From positions 17,095-81,094 of the forward strand of contig DATGZQ010000068.1 in NCBI GenBank assembly GCA_035297125.1: a DNA stretch of 64,000 nt, written 5' to 3'. The DNA is from Thermoplasmata archaeon. GTDB taxonomy: Archaea > Thermoplasmatota > Thermoplasmata > Lutacidiplasmatales > UBA184. A program made the position numbers and the translations under genes. Below are positions 8,514 through 17,360 of this stretch, piece by piece. A model generated the notes under the pieces. That model was not told the origin of the DNA. It saw nothing but the letters and a program-made list of their open reading frames with translations, and made no database searches. Positions within the stretch are counted from its first letter, which is position 1; each line of letters begins with the position of its first letter.

Positions 8514-10064
8514 GTGCCCGAGGCAGCGCCGGTCGGGAGAACCGTGGCGGTCGGGCTGAGAGAGCATCTTGTCGCCTACTTCGAGGAGCAGCACAAGCTC
8601 GTCGAGGCGGGCGCGCTACGCCTCCTCCTCGGCACCCACCAGCCGCTCCTCGTCTCCCGCGAGGTCGTCGAGCGTGCGGGGGGCGAAACGTCGTTCGTCA
8701 CGGCCGAGATGGTCCAGGCGGTCCTCGCCGAGCGCCACCGGTCTGCCGCGCCCCCCGAGGCGGCCAATCCTCCTTCGAGCCCTTCGGAGGGAGCCCCCAC
8801 ATCCGGCGGGCTCCCCGACGTGTTCCGGTCGCTCGTTGAAGGGTACACCGGCCCTCCGCCCCCCGGCCATCCGATCGTGGCGTACGAGGCCCTCTTCCAC
8901 TCCCGGTACCGGTCCCTCCACCGGTTGCTCCGGGGTCGTCCGACGCTCGAGAACCCCCGGGCGGTTCGCGACATTAGACCCGGTGAGGGGACCGCCTCGG
9001 TGGTCGGAATGGTCCGCGAGGTCCGGGAGACCTCGAAACGCCACCACACGATCCTGTCGCTGGACGACGAATCCGGTTCGATCGACGTGCTCGTCCTCAA
9101 GGATTCGCCCGGCGCGCGGGTCCCGTTCGTCCCGGACGAGGTCGTGGGGGTCAAGCTACGCCTCTCCGCCGAGAGGGACCGGATACCGCTCGCGCTCGCG
9201 GTGGAGCGACCGGACGTCCCGCTCGGCCGGGTCGTTGGCCGCTCCTCCTCGACCCGCCGGGCGGTCTTCCTCTCGGACCTGCACGTCGGCAGCAAGTCGT
9301 TCCTGGGCGAGAGCTGGGCCGGTCTGATCGAGTTCCTGCGGGAGGACGGGGCCCATCCGGACCTGGCCCGGTCGATCGACTCGGTGGTGATCGCGGGCGA
9401 CCTCGTGGACGGGATCGGGATCTATCCTCGACAGGAACGGGACCTCGCGATCGGGGATATCGTCGAGCAGTACGCCGAGCTCGGGCGCCGGCTCTCCGAG
9501 CTCCCGTCCCGTCTGACCGTGATCGCGGTTCCGGGGAACCACGACGCGGTCTGCCCCGCGGAGCCCCAGCCCGCCATCCCCGCGAATCTCGCCCACGACC
9601 TCCCGAAGAACGTCCGGCTGCTACCGAACCCGTCCACGTTCGCGCTCGGAGGCACGGTGGTCGAGGCGTACCACGGCCGGGGGTTCGACGACCTGATCCC
9701 GGCGATACCGGGCGCGTCGTATGCGCGCCCGACCGACGTAATGCGCCGGATGCTCCAGATGCGCCATCTCGCCCCCATCTACGGGAACCGCACGCCCCTC
9801 GCCCCCCTCGAGCGGGACGGCCTCGTGATCGACCCCGTCCCGGACATCCTCGTGACGGGGCACCTTCACACGTACGGCGTCGACCGGTACCGCGGCGTCC
9901 TGATGCTCAACGCCTCGACCTGGCAGTCGGAAACGGAATACCAGCGCATGCGCAACATCACGCCAGTGCCCGCGCGCGCCGCCGTGGTCGACCTGGGCAC
10001 GCTCGGTCTCGTGACGGTCGATTGCTCCGACGGGAGCGCCGTCGTCGGCGAGGCGCTGGCGTGA
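8514..10064 (+). CDS. DNA polymerase II (PolD) small subunit DP1
   Basis: Calcineurin-like phosphoesterase motifs: VFLSDLHVGS, VVIAGDLVDG, VPGNHD, ILVTGHLH. Size matches archaeal DP1. Confidence 0.85.
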   Translation: MPEAAPVGRTVAVGLREHLVAYFEEQHKLVEAGALRLLLGTHQPLLVSREVVERAGGETSFVTAEMVQAVLAERHRSAAPPEAANPPSSPSEGAPTSGGLPDVFRSLVEGYTGPPPPGHPIVAYEALFHSRYRSLHRLLRGRPTLENPRAVRDIRPGEGTASVVGMVREVRETSKRHHTILSLDDESGSIDVLVLKDSPGARVPFVPDEVVGVKLRLSAERDRIPLALAVERPDVPLGRVVGRSSSTRRAVFLSDLHVGSKSFLGESWAGLIEFLREDGAHPDLARSIDSVVIAGDLVDGIGIYPRQERDLAIGDIVEQYAELGRRLSELPSRLTVIAVPGNHDAVCPAEPQPAIPANLAHDLPKNVRLLPNPSTFALGGTVVEAYHGRGFDDLIPAIPGASYARPTDVMRRMLQMRHLAPIYGNRTPLAPLERDGLVIDPVPDILVTGHLHTYGVDRYRGVLMLNASTWQSETEYQRMRNITPVPARAAVVDLGTLGLVTVDCSDGSAVVGEALA

Positions 10065-10102
10065 GCCCCTTCCCGGTCGAGCCGGCGAGGGCCGCCGGGC
10101 CG

Positions 10103-10552
10103 ATGCGGGTCGTCCTGAGCGCCTACCCGTCGCGCGAGGCTGCGCTGGGCGCGGTCGAGGGCGCCCTCCAGGCCCGCCTGATCGCCTGCGCGAGCCTCCT
10201 CCCCACGGAATCGCGGTACTGGTGGAACGGGAAGGTCGAGTCGGCCAACGAAGTGCTCGTCCTGTTCAAGACGGTCCCGAAGCTCGTCGGGGGGCTGTTC
10301 CGGTACGTCCGCGAAACCCACCCCTACCGCGTTCCGGAGGTGGTCGAGATCGACGTCCCCCGGGTCGAGCCCGCCTACCTGGCCTATCTCGAGGACACGC
10401 TCGACCCCAGCTCGGCGGCTCCGCCGCGGAGGGGTCACGCTACGCGTCGGGCAGGACCGCGAGCCCCGGCAGTTCGACACCCTCGACGAACTCGAGGGAC
10501 GCCCCGCCGCCGGTCGAGAAGAACTGGAAGGCGTTCTCCACACCGAGCATGA
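10103..10552 (+). CDS. cutA: CutA1 divalent-cation tolerance protein with an R/P-rich C-terminal extension
   Basis: IACASLLPTESRYWWNGKVESANEVLVLFKT is the CutA signature. An alternative GTG start at 10061 overlaps the PolD stop (GTGA). The last ~113 nt overlap the convergent pgk gene. Confidence 0.75.
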   Translation: MRVVLSAYPSREAALGAVEGALQARLIACASLLPTESRYWWNGKVESANEVLVLFKTVPKLVGGLFRYVRETHPYRVPEVVEIDVPRVEPAYLAYLEDTLDPSSAAPPRRGHATRRAGPRAPAVRHPRRTRGTPRRRSRRTGRRSPHRA

Positions 10553-11621
10553 CGGCGACGCGGGCGGTGTCGCCGCCCGCGGCCACGTGGTAGCCCGGGA
10601 CCCCCGCCAGCCGCCCCAGGACCTCACGGGTCCCGTCGGCGAACCGGGGGTCCTCGGCGAGGCCCAGAGGGCCGTTCCAGAAGACGGTCTTCGAGCCGAC
10701 GAGGGCCCGGGTGAACCGTTCCCGGGTCGCGGGCCCGATGTCCCGGCCCATCGCGTCGTTCGGGAGCCCGTCGATCGGGTACGTCGCCGCGCCCTCGGTG
10801 CCCGCCCGGTCCACGACCAGGTCCGAGGGGAGGAGGACCTCGGTCTGCGACGCCTCCGCCTTCCGGAGGAACTCGTCGACGGCCTTCTCGAGGCCGGGTT
10901 CGATCGGCGTTCCACCGAGGTGGGCCCCCTTCGCGGCCAGGAAGGGGAAGGAGAGGGCGCCCCCGATCAGCAGCGTGTCGGCCCGCCCGATCATGCTCGC
11001 GAGGAGGGGAAGCTTGTCGGCGACCTTGGCACCGCCCACGATCACCGCGTACGGTCTCTCCGGGGCGTCCACGAGACGGGACAGCTCGCGGACCTCCCGC
11101 TCGACCAGAAGTCCCGCGAACGAGGGTAGGTGCTTCGGGATGCCGACGGTCGAGGCGTGGGCGCGGTGGACGGTCCCGAACGCCTCCTCGACGAACAGTT
11201 CGCCGAGGTGGGCGAGCTGACTCGCGAAGCCCGGGTCGTTCGCTTCCTCGCCGGGGTGAAACCTCAGGTTCTCGAGCATCAGGAACTCGCTGTTCGCGAG
11301 ACGGACGGACATCTCGATCGCCTTGACGCCGACAGCATCGTCGGCCATGGGGACGGGCTGCCCGAGAATCGCGCTCAGGCGGTGCACCACCGGACGGAGC
11401 GAGTAGCGGGGGTCCCGCTGGCCCCCCGGCCGCCCGAGATGGGTCAGGAGGATCGTGCGGGCCCCCGCGGCCCGGAGGTGGTTCAGCGTGGGCATCGCCT
11501 CCACGATCCGGCGGTCGTCCGCGACGCCCCCCCGAGCGTCGAGCGGTACGTTGAAATCGACCCGAACGAGCACGCGACGGCCCTTGAGGGGGGCTGACGA
11601 GATGCCCCGCTTCGGCTTCAT
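10440..11621 (-). CDS. pgk: Phosphoglycerate kinase
   Basis: Start set at the internal ATG giving MKPKRGISSAPLKGRRVLVRVDFNVPLD. The upstream 89 codons of the listed ORF are R-rich and look non-coding. Confidence 0.9.
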   Translation of the reverse strand: MKPKRGISSAPLKGRRVLVRVDFNVPLDARGGVADDRRIVEAMPTLNHLRAAGARTILLTHLGRPGGQRDPRYSLRPVVHRLSAILGQPVPMADDAVGVKAIEMSVRLANSEFLMLENLRFHPGEEANDPGFASQLAHLGELFVEEAFGTVHRAHASTVGIPKHLPSFAGLLVEREVRELSRLVDAPERPYAVIVGGAKVADKLPLLASMIGRADTLLIGGALSFPFLAAKGAHLGGTPIEPGLEKAVDEFLRKAEASQTEVLLPSDLVVDRAGTEGAATYPIDGLPNDAMGRDIGPATRERFTRALVGSKTVFWNGPLGLAEDPRFADGTREVLGRLAGVPGYHVAAGGDTARVAVMLGVENAFQFFSTGGGASLEFVEGVELPGLAVLPDA

Positions 11622-11649
11622 CGCACGGGTGGCGAGGGACCGTGCACTA

Positions 11650-12585
11650 TCACGCTTGTGGCCTGGCGGCGCGGGCACGGACCGCCACGCAGGCCGCACG
11701 GGTGTGGGGCAGGTCCAGGCCGTTGACCGCCCCCAGCCGAAGGAGCTCGCCCGAGATCGCGTCGATCTCGGTCGGCCGGCCCCGGTCGATGTCCTGCAGC
11801 ATGCTCGAGCGGTTCTCGGCGGAGGCCAGAACGACGCGATCCAGGTCGCTCTCCGCCTCCGCCTCGCCGAACACGAACCCCTCGGCACGAGCGACCGTTC
11901 GCGCCTCCGTGAGTAGCGCCACGGCCTCCGACCGGAGCGGGCCGTCGATCAGACGGCCGTTCGGCACGCCGTGCAGCGCGGTCACCGGATTGATCGCCGC
12001 GTTGACGAGCGCCTTCCGCCAGACCTCCCGGTCGATGTCGGCCGACGTTCGGACAGTGAACCCGGCTCCGCGGAGAAGCACTTGGAACCGCTCGATGGGG
12101 CCCGCCAGCGGCCCCCGACCGCCCGGGTCCGGGAGGATGACCTCCCCCGTGCCGGACGCGCGGACGATCCCGGGCCCGATCCAGAGCGCCGGGACCGACT
12201 GCACTGCCCGGACGACCCAGTCCTCCGGGCGCGCCCACCCCGACGTTCGGAGCGCGTCGAGCACCGGCGGAACGATCCCGAGCCCGTTCTGGGGGAGAAG
12301 CGTAGGGGTCGGCGGGAGGGTCCGGCCCAGCTCCCGGGCGGCCGCTTCAAGGTCGAAAGTCTTCACGGTCACGAGGACCGCGTCGGCCGGCCCGGCCGCG
12401 GAGAGGTCGCTCGTCGCCTCGAGCGGCCACGTCCCGGGGGACGTCCCCTCGATGCGGAGTCCGCCCTCCCGGATCGCCCGGACGTGGCCCGGTCGTGCCA
12501 CGAGGGTCACGCGACTTCCTGCGGCGGCCAGCCGGCCGCCGAAGAGGCTGCCCACGGCCCCAGCGCCGACCACGACGACGTTCAC
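11650..12585 (-). CDS. panE: 2-dehydropantoate 2-reductase (ApbA/PanE family)
   Basis: N-terminal Rossmann motif VVVVGAGAVGSLFGGRLA, with length and layout typical of ketopantoate reductase. Confidence 0.8.
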   Translation of the reverse strand: MNVVVVGAGAVGSLFGGRLAAAGSRVTLVARPGHVRAIREGGLRIEGTSPGTWPLEATSDLSAAGPADAVLVTVKTFDLEAAARELGRTLPPTPTLLPQNGLGIVPPVLDALRTSGWARPEDWVVRAVQSVPALWIGPGIVRASGTGEVILPDPGGRGPLAGPIERFQVLLRGAGFTVRTSADIDREVWRKALVNAAINPVTALHGVPNGRLIDGPLRSEAVALLTEARTVARAEGFVFGEAEAESDLDRVVLASAENRSSMLQDIDRGRPTEIDAISGELLRLGAVNGLDLPHTRAACVAVRARAARPQA

Positions 12586-12597
12586 GGTGCGCGCCGG

Positions 12598-12822
12598 TCA
12601 GCCCAGCCTGCGAACGAGCTCGGAGAGGGCCGGAGGCTTTCCAAAGTCCCGCCGCAGCAGCGCGAGGAGTCCCTCGTAGTACCGTACCTGCTCGCGCGCC
12701 TGGCGCACCTTGAGACTGACGTACTCCTCCTCCCGCTGGAGCTGCCCGAGCTCCGTGAGGAGCTCCTTCTGGAGCCCGACCAGGTGCTCGATCCTATCGG
12801 AGAATCGGCCCTCTCGGCGCAC
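12598..12822 (-). CDS. Small coiled-coil protein (74 aa), hypothetical
   Basis: Heptad-like charged sequence. A perfect GGAGGTGA Shine-Dalgarno lies 5 nt upstream of its GTG, inside the end of the preceding ORF. Confidence 0.45.
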   Translation of the reverse strand: MRREGRFSDRIEHLVGLQKELLTELGQLQREEEYVSLKVRQAREQVRYYEGLLALLRRDFGKPPALSELVRRLG

Positions 12823-13039
12823 TGCTCACCTCCAGCGAAGTCATCCGCGATTCTACCGTGACCATCGAGTCGGCCGAAAGGCGGAGCCGGGCGAGGTCCC
12901 GGCGAAGCCGCCGAAGACGGGCTTCGAGACGGTGTCGGCGCTCCTCGATCTCTTCGAGCGACCGCTCGAGCAGCTCGAGCCGGCGGCGCCACTTGTCGCG
13001 CTCCTGCACTCCTTGGAGGACAGTGGCGACGTCGACCAT
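12794..13039 (-). CDS. Small coiled-coil protein (81 aa), hypothetical
   Basis: ATG start and an R/E/L-rich heptad pattern (RRRLELLERSLEEIEERRHRLEARLRRLRR). Divergent from mdh. Confidence 0.45.
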   Translation of the reverse strand: MVDVATVLQGVQERDKWRRRLELLERSLEEIEERRHRLEARLRRLRRDLARLRLSADSMVTVESRMTSLEVSSAPRGPILR

Positions 13040-13141
13040 CCCGACCGGAACGAGACGGTAGGGGAATCAATCTTTCGCCCGACCCGCTCCCCGTCGGGAG
13101 GCTTAAAGCCCCTCGGCGGGTGCATCCCGCCGGGGCGACGG

Positions 13142-14101
13142 ATGAACATCCTCGGCAAGGTCGCGGTGCTCGGAGCGGGGAACATCGGAGGGTCCCTGGC
13201 GCAGCGGCTGGCCGAGATGGACCTGGCCCACGAGGTCGTCCTCTTTGACATCGTAGAGGGCCTTCCCCAGGGGAAGGCGCTCGACATCCAGCAGTCGGCA
13301 CCGATCCTCGGCTTCTCTACGCGGGTGCGCGGGACAACGTCGCTCGACGACATCGCGGGCGCCGACGTCGTCGTGGAGACCGCCGGACTCGCCCGGAAGC
13401 CGGGGATGAGCCGGTCCGACCTGCTCGAGAAGAACGCGTCGATCGTGAAGGGCCACGCGGAGGCCGTCCGCGCCAAGGCGCCCAATGCGGTGTGCGTGGT
13501 CGTGACGAACCCGGTGGACGTGATGACCTACTATTTCCGGGCCAAGAGCGGCCTGCCGGCGCCCCGGGTGTTCGGAGAGTCGGGAACGCTCGACACCGCT
13601 CGGTTCCGCTGGTTCGTCGCGGAGGCGCTCAACGTTGCGCCCCGGGACGTCACGGGGTTCGTCCTCGGGACGCACGGGGACACGATGGTCCCGATCCTTT
13701 CGCTCACCAGCGTCTCGGGCGTGCCCCTCACGAAGCTCCTGCCGCCCGACCGACTCTCCGCCATCGTGGAGCGGACGAAGGGGGGCGGGGCCGAGATCGT
13801 TAACCTGCTGAAGACCGGCAGCGCGTTCTACGCGCCCACGGCGAGCCAGGCTGAGCTCGTCCGCGCCATCGCGCACGACGAGCACCGCCTCCTCTCGGCG
13901 TCCGCGTACCTCGACGGAGCGTTCGGCGAGAGGGACGTCTACCTCGGCGCCCCGGTCGTCCTCGGACGCTCGGGGATCGAGCGCGTGGTTGAGGTCGACC
14001 TGAACCCGGCCGAGCGTGCGGCCCTCGCCGCGAGCGTCGCGGCGGTCCGGTCGGACCTCGCGATCCTCGCCAAGCTCCCCGGACCCGCCACCCCGGGGTG
14101 A
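13142..14101 (+). CDS. mdh: Malate dehydrogenase (LDH-like family)
   Basis: Start at the internal ATG giving MNILGKVAVLGAGNIGG. Motifs GTLDTARFR and GTHGDTMVP. The listed 463-aa ORF is a 5' over-extension. Confidence 0.9.
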   Translation: MNILGKVAVLGAGNIGGSLAQRLAEMDLAHEVVLFDIVEGLPQGKALDIQQSAPILGFSTRVRGTTSLDDIAGADVVVETAGLARKPGMSRSDLLEKNASIVKGHAEAVRAKAPNAVCVVVTNPVDVMTYYFRAKSGLPAPRVFGESGTLDTARFRWFVAEALNVAPRDVTGFVLGTHGDTMVPILSLTSVSGVPLTKLLPPDRLSAIVERTKGGGAEIVNLLKTGSAFYAPTASQAELVRAIAHDEHRLLSASAYLDGAFGERDVYLGAPVVLGRSGIERVVEVDLNPAERAALAASVAAVRSDLAILAKLPGPATPG

Positions 14102-14421
14102 GTCGAATGACGGACGCTCCGGGAGGAGAGGCCGGACCCGGATTCGTCGAGATCAAGCGCCGGCTGGGCACGCTCCGCTACACGACCGACTCGAAGGAGC
14201 ACGCCCATATCACCGTCAAGCCCGAGGTCTGTGCGAGGTGTCCCCATTCGTTCTGCACGTTCGCCTGCCCGGCGAAATGTTACGAGAGGATCGAGGGGCG
14301 GCTCGTCTTCCGCTACGAGGACTGCGTGGAATGCGGCGCGTGCGACATCGCGTGCGACCAGGGCTCCGTGACCTGGAAGCTCCCTCGCGGCCCCTACGGC
14401 GTCCGGTACGCCTACGGATGA
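14098..14421 (+). CDS. FixX-like ferredoxin-like protein
   Basis: 107 aa with CARCPHSFCTFACPAKC and CVECGACDIAC cysteine clusters and the FixX-type ending GPYGVRYAYG. Its GTG overlaps the mdh stop (GTGA); an alternative ATG is at 14107. Confidence 0.75.
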   Translation: MSRMTDAPGGEAGPGFVEIKRRLGTLRYTTDSKEHAHITVKPEVCARCPHSFCTFACPAKCYERIEGRLVFRYEDCVECGACDIACDQGSVTWKLPRGPYGVRYAYG

Positions 14422-14552
14422 CGTCGAGCTGGGCCGACCCGACTCTCCGGCGGCCGCGCGCGACGCTGAGCAGCGTTCCTGTCTAAGCAGAGATTAAAAC
14501 CCCCGAGCCGGGCTGCCCGGGCTGGAGCCCACTCACCACGTCCGCAACGTCC

Positions 14553-16604
14553 GTGCCCGAAGCACCGGTTCTCTTTCCCTACCGCGTTCGCCCGGGGCAG
14601 GCGTCCATCCTGCGGGAGGTCGCCGACCTGGGCCGACTGGGGGGTCCGTTGCTGATCAATGCGCCCACCGGGAGCGGCAAGACAGTCGCGACGCTGGCCC
14701 CGCTGATCGAGCACGCGGAGGCGGAAGGACACCGCATTCTCTACCTCGTCCGGACACATTCCCAGGAGGTACAGGTCCTCCGCGAGACGCAGGCGATCAG
14801 CCGACGCCTCGACCGGCCGATCCTCGCCATCGGACTCGCGGGCCGGGCTCGCCGGTGCTTCCTGCTCGAGAACGTCAACGACGTGAAGGTCGCGACCGCC
14901 GAGGAGCACGGAAAGCTCTGCGCGGACCGAAAGCGGGCGACCGAGCAGGCGATGAAGGGGACCGCGCCCGTCGCCCCTCCGGTCGAGCTTCCCGAGAACG
15001 GGGAGATCGACCTCACCGACCTCGACGGGTGCCCCTACTACGCCCGGGTGCTCCAATCCGACCTCGAGGGCCTGGTCGACCGGTTCCGCACGAAGCCGGC
15101 CCTCCCGCACGAGTTCGAGGAGTTCGCCCGGGAGGAGAACCTGTGCGCCTACGAGCTCTCGAAGCTCCTCGCTCGTCCTGCCCGCCTCGTCACCGCGCCG
15201 TACGCGTTCTTCTTCCATCCCCACATTCGCCGCTCGCTGCTCCAATGGATGGGCTGCGAACCGAGCGAGGTCGACCTCGTGATCGACGAGGCCCACAACC
15301 TCCCGAACCACCTGCGCGATCTGGAGACGGTCTCGCTGCCGCAGGAATCCGTGCGTCGCGCTCTTTCGGAGCTGGCCGACCGCGGGGATTTCCAGCTGCC
15401 GGACGGGCCGAGCGCCACCCGGTTCTTCGAGATCGTGAGCGCCGCCGTCGAGGAGCTGGTCCAGGCCCTCGTCCGCGAGGACGACGCGGTCCTGCCTCCC
15501 GGGGTGTTCGAGGACGCGCTCCTTACTGCGGTCGGGGGAACCTCCCACCGGCTCGACACCTGGCTGGGAGCCCTCGCGACGTGGGGAGAGAACCTTAAGG
15601 ACGAGAAGCGGCGCGAGCGGAAGCTCCCGCGGTCCTGGGTCGCCACCGTCGCCCTGACACTGCTCTCCTGGCCCCAGCTCGAGGGGCCGGGATACATCAA
15701 AGTTGTCACCCGCCACCCCCGGCCGGCGCTCGAGGCGTACTCGCTCGACGCGTCGACCGCCGCGCGCCCGATCCTCGACTGCCACCTGTCGGTCCATCTC
15801 TCCGGGACGCTCGCCCCGCTCGAGGAGTACCGCGACTCGCTCGGCCTGGGGGCGAACGCCCGGACGCTGGACGTGCCGTCCCACTTCCCACCCGAGAACC
15901 GGAAGATCCTCTACGACCCCAGCGTGACGACACAGTTCGAGGAGCTGAAGAACGACTCCCGCGCGATCCAACGGATCTCGGACCGGCTCGCCGAGATCCT
16001 CCAGAGCCTCCCGGTGAAGACGGCCGTGTTCTTCCCCAGCTACGATCTCCAGCAGAAGGTCCTTGACGCGGGCCTCCAGTCCCAGCTCCCCGGGAACCCG
16101 TACATCGAGTACTCGAAGGTCCCGATATCCGACCTGTGGCGGTCGATCGAGGGGTGGAAGAAGGACCCCGAAGGGACGGTGCTCCTCGGCGTCGCCGGGG
16201 GCCGGCTGTCGGAGGGGATCGACTACCCCGACGACGAGCTGGAGGCGGTCGTAATGGTCGGCATCCCGTACCCCCGCCCCAGCGCGAAGCGGGCCGCGCT
16301 CCGCGCGTTCCTCGACCGGACGACCGGCAAGGGCTGGGAGTACACCGTACGGGCTCCGGCCCAGCGGGCGATCCTGCAGGCCTGCGGCCGGTTGATCCGC
16401 TCGGAGAACGACCGAGGGATCGCGATCATCCTCGACCGCAGGGCAACCGCGTTCGAGGACTGCCTTCCCGGGCTCGAGCCGATCGGCGACCTCGCGAAGA
16501 CGACGCGCGCCTTCTACGGCCGCCGCGCCCGGTGGTCCCGGACCGCGAGCCCGTCGCCGGGCGCTTCCCGGCCTGCGCCGGAACCTACCGAGAAGCCGCT
16601 CTGA
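14553..16604 (+). CDS. xpd: XPD/Rad3-family 5'-3' DNA helicase with Fe-S domain
   Basis: Walker A APTGSGKT and DEAH-type IDEAHNL. Four cysteines in the insert (RRCF, KLCAD, DGCPYY, NLCAYE) fit the XPD 4Fe-4S domain. Confidence 0.85.
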   Translation: MPEAPVLFPYRVRPGQASILREVADLGRLGGPLLINAPTGSGKTVATLAPLIEHAEAEGHRILYLVRTHSQEVQVLRETQAISRRLDRPILAIGLAGRARRCFLLENVNDVKVATAEEHGKLCADRKRATEQAMKGTAPVAPPVELPENGEIDLTDLDGCPYYARVLQSDLEGLVDRFRTKPALPHEFEEFAREENLCAYELSKLLARPARLVTAPYAFFFHPHIRRSLLQWMGCEPSEVDLVIDEAHNLPNHLRDLETVSLPQESVRRALSELADRGDFQLPDGPSATRFFEIVSAAVEELVQALVREDDAVLPPGVFEDALLTAVGGTSHRLDTWLGALATWGENLKDEKRRERKLPRSWVATVALTLLSWPQLEGPGYIKVVTRHPRPALEAYSLDASTAARPILDCHLSVHLSGTLAPLEEYRDSLGLGANARTLDVPSHFPPENRKILYDPSVTTQFEELKNDSRAIQRISDRLAEILQSLPVKTAVFFPSYDLQQKVLDAGLQSQLPGNPYIEYSKVPISDLWRSIEGWKKDPEGTVLLGVAGGRLSEGIDYPDDELEAVVMVGIPYPRPSAKRAALRAFLDRTTGKGWEYTVRAPAQRAILQACGRLIRSENDRGIAIILDRRATAFEDCLPGLEPIGDLAKTTRAFYGRRARWSRTASPSPGASRPAPEPTEKPL

Positions 16605-16682
16605 ACCAACACGGGCCCCACGGCCGGTGACGTCCGCCGGGCGGTCCGGCTGCCCTCCGGTCCCGTCCTTCAAGCGGAGCCG

Positions 16683-16690
16683 TAAAATAG
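16683..16690 (+). promoter_or_regulatory. TATA-like box (taaaatag) about 29 nt upstream of the GTG at 16716
   Basis: The spacing fits a leaderless transcript starting at or near 16716. Confidence 0.35.
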
Positions 16691-16715
16691 CGTCCGCCCT
16701 CTGTTCGACAGGACG

Positions 16716-17360
16716 GTGACCCCGGCGGATACCGCCGGAGGGTTCCCGCTTGCGTGTCGTGCATCCATGGGCGGGCTCGAAGGTCTGGACCAGTACGTCC
16801 GGACGTACGTAGCGGACACCAAGTCGGCGCTCGAGGCCCCGTACCTGCTGGACGGGCTTCGCCAGGTCGTCCCCCTGCTCCTACGTGCCCGCACCGAGGG
16901 CCGTTCGGTCTTCTTCTTCGGGAACGGCGGAAGCGCCGCGACCTCCAGCCACATGTCCCAGGACCTCGGCAAGCTGACGATCGTCGAGGGCAAACGGCGG
17001 TTCCGCACCCTCTCCCTGGCCGACCCCCTTCCGCTCATCCTCGCCTGGGCGAACGATGCGAGCTACGCGGAGATCTTCGCCGAGCAGGTCAAGAGCCAGG
17101 GCCGCGCCGGCGACGTCGCGATCGGGATCTCGGGGAGCGGAAATTCTCCGAACGTTCTACGTGCCCTCGAGGAGGCGCACCGGCTCGGGATGACCACCGT
17201 AGGGCTCATCGGGATGGGCGGCGGGAAGATGAAGGCCCTCTGCGACGTCGCGATCGTGGTCCCGTCCGGCAACATGCAGCACATCGAGGATGCCCATCAC
17301 ATCCTCTTGCACCTCCTGACGGCGTACTTGAGGGACCAGCACCCCGCGCCCGACGGATGA
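16716..17360 (+). CDS. SIS-domain protein, phosphoheptose-isomerase (GmhA)-like
   Basis: VFFFGNGGSAATSSHMSQDL and ISGSGNSPNV motifs. An alternative ATG start is at 16767. Confidence 0.75.
   Translation: MTPADTAGGFPLACRASMGGLEGLDQYVRTYVADTKSALEAPYLLDGLRQVVPLLLRARTEGRSVFFFGNGGSAATSSHMSQDLGKLTIVEGKRRFRTLSLADPLPLILAWANDASYAEIFAEQVKSQGRAGDVAIGISGSGNSPNVLRALEEAHRLGMTTVGLIGMGGGKMKALCDVAIVVPSGNMQHIEDAHHILLHLLTAYLRDQHPAPDG

Noticed and set aside
14412-16673. 753-aa ORF antisense to the XPD helicase gene
   Set aside because: The reasoning is the same. The XPD frame carries Walker, DEAH and Fe-S motifs, while the antisense product is low-complexity R/G/P/E.
16754-17356. N-terminal ~200 codons of the listed 480-aa ORF
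   Set aside because: It overlaps the SIS gene in another frame with Arg/Pro-rich sequence. The real gene starts at the ATG at 17357, coupled to the SIS stop.
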